Assembly: GCF_006345805.1 (NCBI RefSeq)
Contig: NW_021836404.1
Coordinates: forward strand, 1-23,993
Source: Octopus sinensis
Lineage: Eukaryota
Reading direction: 5' to 3'
Length of the DNA: 23,993 nt
Shown here: positions 20,413 to 23,993 of the stretch, piece after piece
How positions within the stretch are numbered: position 1 is the stretch's first letter
Layout: the number at the start of each line of letters is the position of its first letter
Position numbers and translations under genes: made by a program
The notes under the pieces: generated by a model
The model's database searches: none
Told to the model about the DNA's origin: nothing
The model's input: the letters and a program-made list of their open reading frames with translations, nothing else

Positions 20413-20618
20413 ATATTTAACTGATGATATTTAGCTCTAAATCTTCATGATGCAAACCTATTTTCTATAACAATCGAAATATCGGTAAGAATGATGAAAA
20501 TATATTTTCTTATGACAGAAGGAAAATAACCCATATTGATTCCTCTTTTTAACCAAAATAATAGAAATAATAAAAATCAAAGATTGGAAATTATGTAAGT
20601 AGCTATGTAAATAATAAT

Positions 20619-21042
20619 TATGATTGTAGGATTAATGGTGAATGTAATTTTAATAATAATTATAAACATGATAATCTAGTATATAGATGTATAGTTGAAT
20701 TAGAAAGTACTAAATTCTGTTATATCGGATCACTCGAAAATTCAATAAAAAGGAGAATTGCTAACCATGAATACTACTTTAGAAACAGACAAAAAAATGA
20801 ATAATACCAGTCTCAGCAACTTTGTATAGATGTTAAAAGACAATAATAAAAATTATAAGCTAAAATGGGAGGGCATAAGTCAAGCCAGATCTTATGGAAT
20901 TTCTGATAAGAGGTGTGAATTGTGTCTCGAAGAAATATTTCTGATCCTAACACGTAAATACAAACTCCTTAATTCCAGGGAAGAGGCAATTTTAACTTGT
21001 ATACATTTCTCTAAATATGTTTTTAACAAACATAATTATTAA
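20619..21042 (+). mobile_element. PLE GIY-YIG endonuclease pseudo-ORF (element C-terminus)
   Basis: C..C linker, LVY 20676-20684, YIG 20721-20729, R..NH, frameshift in the A7 run 20791-20797, TSLS, TAG replacing W at 20827, then KW..CELCLEE..LLNSREE...CIH. Confidence 0.9.
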
Positions 21043-21339
21043 AAATAAAATTGAATATAAAAGATATAAACATGATATAGTAAGTACAACTTAATTTAAA
21101 AACCAAATATTAAATATAAATAATAAAAATGATATACATATAGTATATAATATAAAACTAAAAAGTCCAATTGATAATGATATTAATCTTAATTAATTAA
21201 TCGGTAATATAATACATGAAACTTTAGATTGAAATATTGTAAATTTGTCGATAACACTAATTTTGATGACGTAATACACTTAATCTTTATACGTACTAAA
21301 TTTAAATGCATTCAACGTAAGCATGTCGAAATATACGTA

Positions 21340-21375
<36 letters not shown>

Positions 21376-21435
21376 CAGAAATAATAATGAATGACTATAA
21401 CGATTGGCTTTTATTCTCAAATATATATAAACGCA

Positions 21436-22073
21436 CAGTGCTCTACTGGTACTTATTCTTACGACCCCAAGAGGTACTTATTTTATCGACCTCGAAAGGA
21501 GAAATGACGTCGGCGGAATTTGCACTCAGAACGTTGAGACGGACGGAATACCTCCGAGCATTTTGTCCGGCGTGCTAACGACTCTGCTCGCTCATCACCT
21601 TATCACTGCATGTGAAAAATGGTTTCAAAATTTGACACCAAGCCAGCAATTTTGGAGGAGGGGATAAGTCAATTATATCGACCCCAGTGCACAACTGGTT
21701 CTTGTTTTATCGAGTACGAAAGGATGAAAGACAAAGTCGATCTCGGCGGAATTTGAACTCAGAACTTGTGGACGAACGAAATGCATCTAAGCATTTTGTG
21801 CGGCGTGCTAACAAATCTGCCAGCTTGCCGCCTTAAACGCTGCATATAATAATAAAGAATTGTTTAAGAATTTCTTCCAATTTTGATACCTGTTCAGCAA
21901 TTCTAAGGGGAGGTGACAATATGTCGATCGCAGTAACTTGACTAATACTTCATTTTATCGACCTTGGGAGTAATGAAAAGTAAAGTCGATCTTGGCGTAT
22001 TTTGAACTCGGACATAAAGGTTCAGAAGAAATACAGCAAGGTTTTTTGTCCCACCCTTTGGCAATTTTGCGAG
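21436..22073 (-). mobile_element. Three tandem SINE B copies (21436-21599, 21619-21832, 21869-22073)
   Basis: Each shows TTTTATCGA..AAGTCG..CGGCG.ATTTG.ACTC.GA; the third is the most diverged. Confidence 0.87.
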
Positions 22074-22483
22074 CATGAAGAGAACGGTGCTCAACATGTT
22101 TTATCTGAAGCAAATCCACCGTTCTTACGTTTTCCCAATCGCCTTAAATAGAAAGAAATTAACCAGAATTTTTGGAGAAATGTGTATTTATGCTTTGCAG
22201 GAAAATAAATGTTTTATGAGGAAAACAAACCAGAAGGAAATTTTTAATTATAATCTTTTGATGAAAGGAAGACACCTTGTAAACGTGGACGCTTTCCAGG
22301 AAAAGCAATGCTTTGTGCATTCGTGTTAAGAATGCATTTCTGTGGTCAAGTCTGTATTTCCTGGCGCAAGTATACGCTTCTGGGTTTAGCATATGTCTAT
22401 TTTTGGAATCGACATGTATTTCCGGTTTACAAAATACATATTTCCTGTATATACCGTAAGGTCATGCTGATTGTGATGTATTT

Positions 22484-22838
22484 GAGGAGGGAAGGAGAGA
22501 GAGAGAGAGAGAGAGAGAGTGAGAGGGAAGAGAGAGTGAGAGGGGAGAGAGAGGGAATGAGAGAGAAAGCGAGAAAGCGAGAGAGAGATAGTGAAGAGAA
22601 AGAGAAGGGTTAAAATGAGAAGTTAGAGAACATGGTAGTTAGAGAGATAGAGCAAAAGAGACAAAAATGGAGAGAGAAAAAGATATATATATATATATAA
22701 ATAGAGAGAGAGAGAGAGAGAGGGGGGAGGGTAAAATGAAGAGAAATCAGGAGAAAGAAGGAAGAGGGAGAGAGAGAGAGAGACAGAGACGGAAAGAAGA
22801 AAAGAAAGGGTTAAAATGGGAAGTGAGAGAGAGAGAGG

Positions 22839-22875
<37 letters not shown>

Positions 22876-23034
22876 TGTGTGTGTGTGTGTGAAAAAGAGA
22901 TAGAAAAGGAGAGAGGTAACGACAGTGAGTAAAATGAAGCGAGATAAGAGACAGAAATATGGAGAAAGAAAAAAGAAAGGAAGAAATAAGAGAATGAGAA
23001 AGAGCGAGAGAAAGATGTCTATCTATCTATCTAT

Positions 23035-23100
<66 letters not shown>
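22484..23100. repeat. (GA)n-rich low-complexity tract followed by (CT)n(TA)n
   Basis: Direct reading. Confidence 0.93.
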
Positions 23101-23106
<6 letters not shown>

Positions 23107-23109
23107 TAT

Positions 23110-23514
23110 CGCAGGAGTGGCTGTGTGGTAAGTAGCTTGCTAACCAACCACATTGTTACCGGGTTCAGTCCCACTGCGTGGCATCTTGGGCAAGTGTCTT
23201 CTGCTATAGCCCTGGGCCGACCAATGCCTTGTGAGTGGATTTGGTAGACGGAAACTGAAAGAAGCCTGTCGTATATATGTATATATATATATGTGTTTGT
23301 ATATGTTTGTGTGTCTGTGTTTGTCTCCCTAGCATTGCTTGACAACCGATGCTGGTGTGTTTACGTCCCCGTCACTTAGCGGTTCGGAAAAAGAACCGAT
23401 AGAATAAGTACTGGGCTTACAAAGAATAAGTCCCGGGGTCGATTTGCTCGACTAAAGGCGGTGCTCCAGTATGACCGCAGTCAACTGACTGAAACAAGTA
23501 AAAGAGTAAAGAGT
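23110..23514 (+). mobile_element. SINE A, full length
   Basis: A and B boxes, CORE-like block, internal TA/TG tract, 3' half ending GAAACAAGTAAAAGAGTAAAGAGT. Confidence 0.94.
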
Positions 23515-23517
23515 ATA

Positions 23518-23550
<33 letters not shown>

Positions 23551-23702
23551 TTGTCTATCTACCGATTTAACTCCGAGGGTAAGCTGAAACGTTTGTAGGC
23601 TGACTACGAAGTAGCGATGCCAGAGGTGTGAAACCTTGCTTGCATTAATTTCTGCCCTTCTTCTTAATTACTACCATTAATTTACTGTATATCGTTCTTT
23701 TC

Positions 23703-23744
23703 CTTGAGGCTTCAGTTTCTCGTCACTGCGATCATCAGACAAAC
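23703..23744 (-). ncRNA. Decayed type I hammerhead motif, probably in a second PLE terminal repeat
   Basis: Minus strand reads TTTGT-CTGATGA-TCG CAGTGA CGA-GAAA-C TGAA G-CC-TCAAG: canonical core and stem II, but GCC in place of GUH and one stem I mismatch. Confidence 0.5.
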
Positions 23745-23993
23745 ATTTTTAAAAAAAGAATATTTTATTCTTAAAAATGAATATCTTTATATACACCGGA
23801 GGGGGGTTCATTCATTTATATATAGCTGTCGTTTGCATTAGCCAGCTCCTTAAAGTTGCTTTATTAGTGACTTCCCTACTATTGTCATCCTGTGGTTGCC
23901 TATTTTTAGGTTGTTCTGTTTTCGTTGGTCGACTTCGCTATTATATCTCGGTAACCATTTTATCTCTTTTTTAAAAATCCATGTTTGTTTTAC

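Noticed and set aside
20827-20829. In-frame stop as selenocysteine recoding
   Set aside because: It is TAG at a Trp position, next to a frameshift; ordinary decay.
21265-21340. TTGATGA...GAAATATACGTA downstream of the GIY-YIG as a hammerhead
   Set aside because: The position is plausible, but stems I and II cannot be formed convincingly.
22308-22903. Glu/Arg-rich ORFs
   Set aside because: (GA)n low-complexity translation.

Overview
AT-rich, repeat-saturated eukaryotic DNA, probably intronic or intergenic. I find no intact host gene, RNA gene or CRISPR array, and almost every ORF in the track is microsatellite translation. The repeat families look like those of an octopus genome (my recognition, not a database result). 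Contents: (1) a decayed 2.6-kb R4/Dong-clade non-LTR retrotransposon plus four 3' fragments of related families, all on + and mostly ending in (AAT)n; (2) three tRNA-derived SINE families, about 20 copies or fragments; (3) Penelope-like element (PLE) remnants, including RT and GIY-YIG pieces and terminal repeats carrying hammerhead-ribozyme motifs; (4) a mariner fragment, a probable RTE-type 5' UTR and a 680-bp unit bounded by inverted repeats; (5) many microsatellites. Best leads: a 1-kb 32-bp minisatellite whose unit is in-frame PLE RT coding sequence, two minimal hammerheads sharing a CCGACGA core variant, a microhomology-bounded chimera of two R4 families, strand-polarised (AAT)n versus (TA)n insertion habitats, and several fold-back palindromes. 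These are transposon and repeat biology leads; I cannot support a new protein-coding system here.
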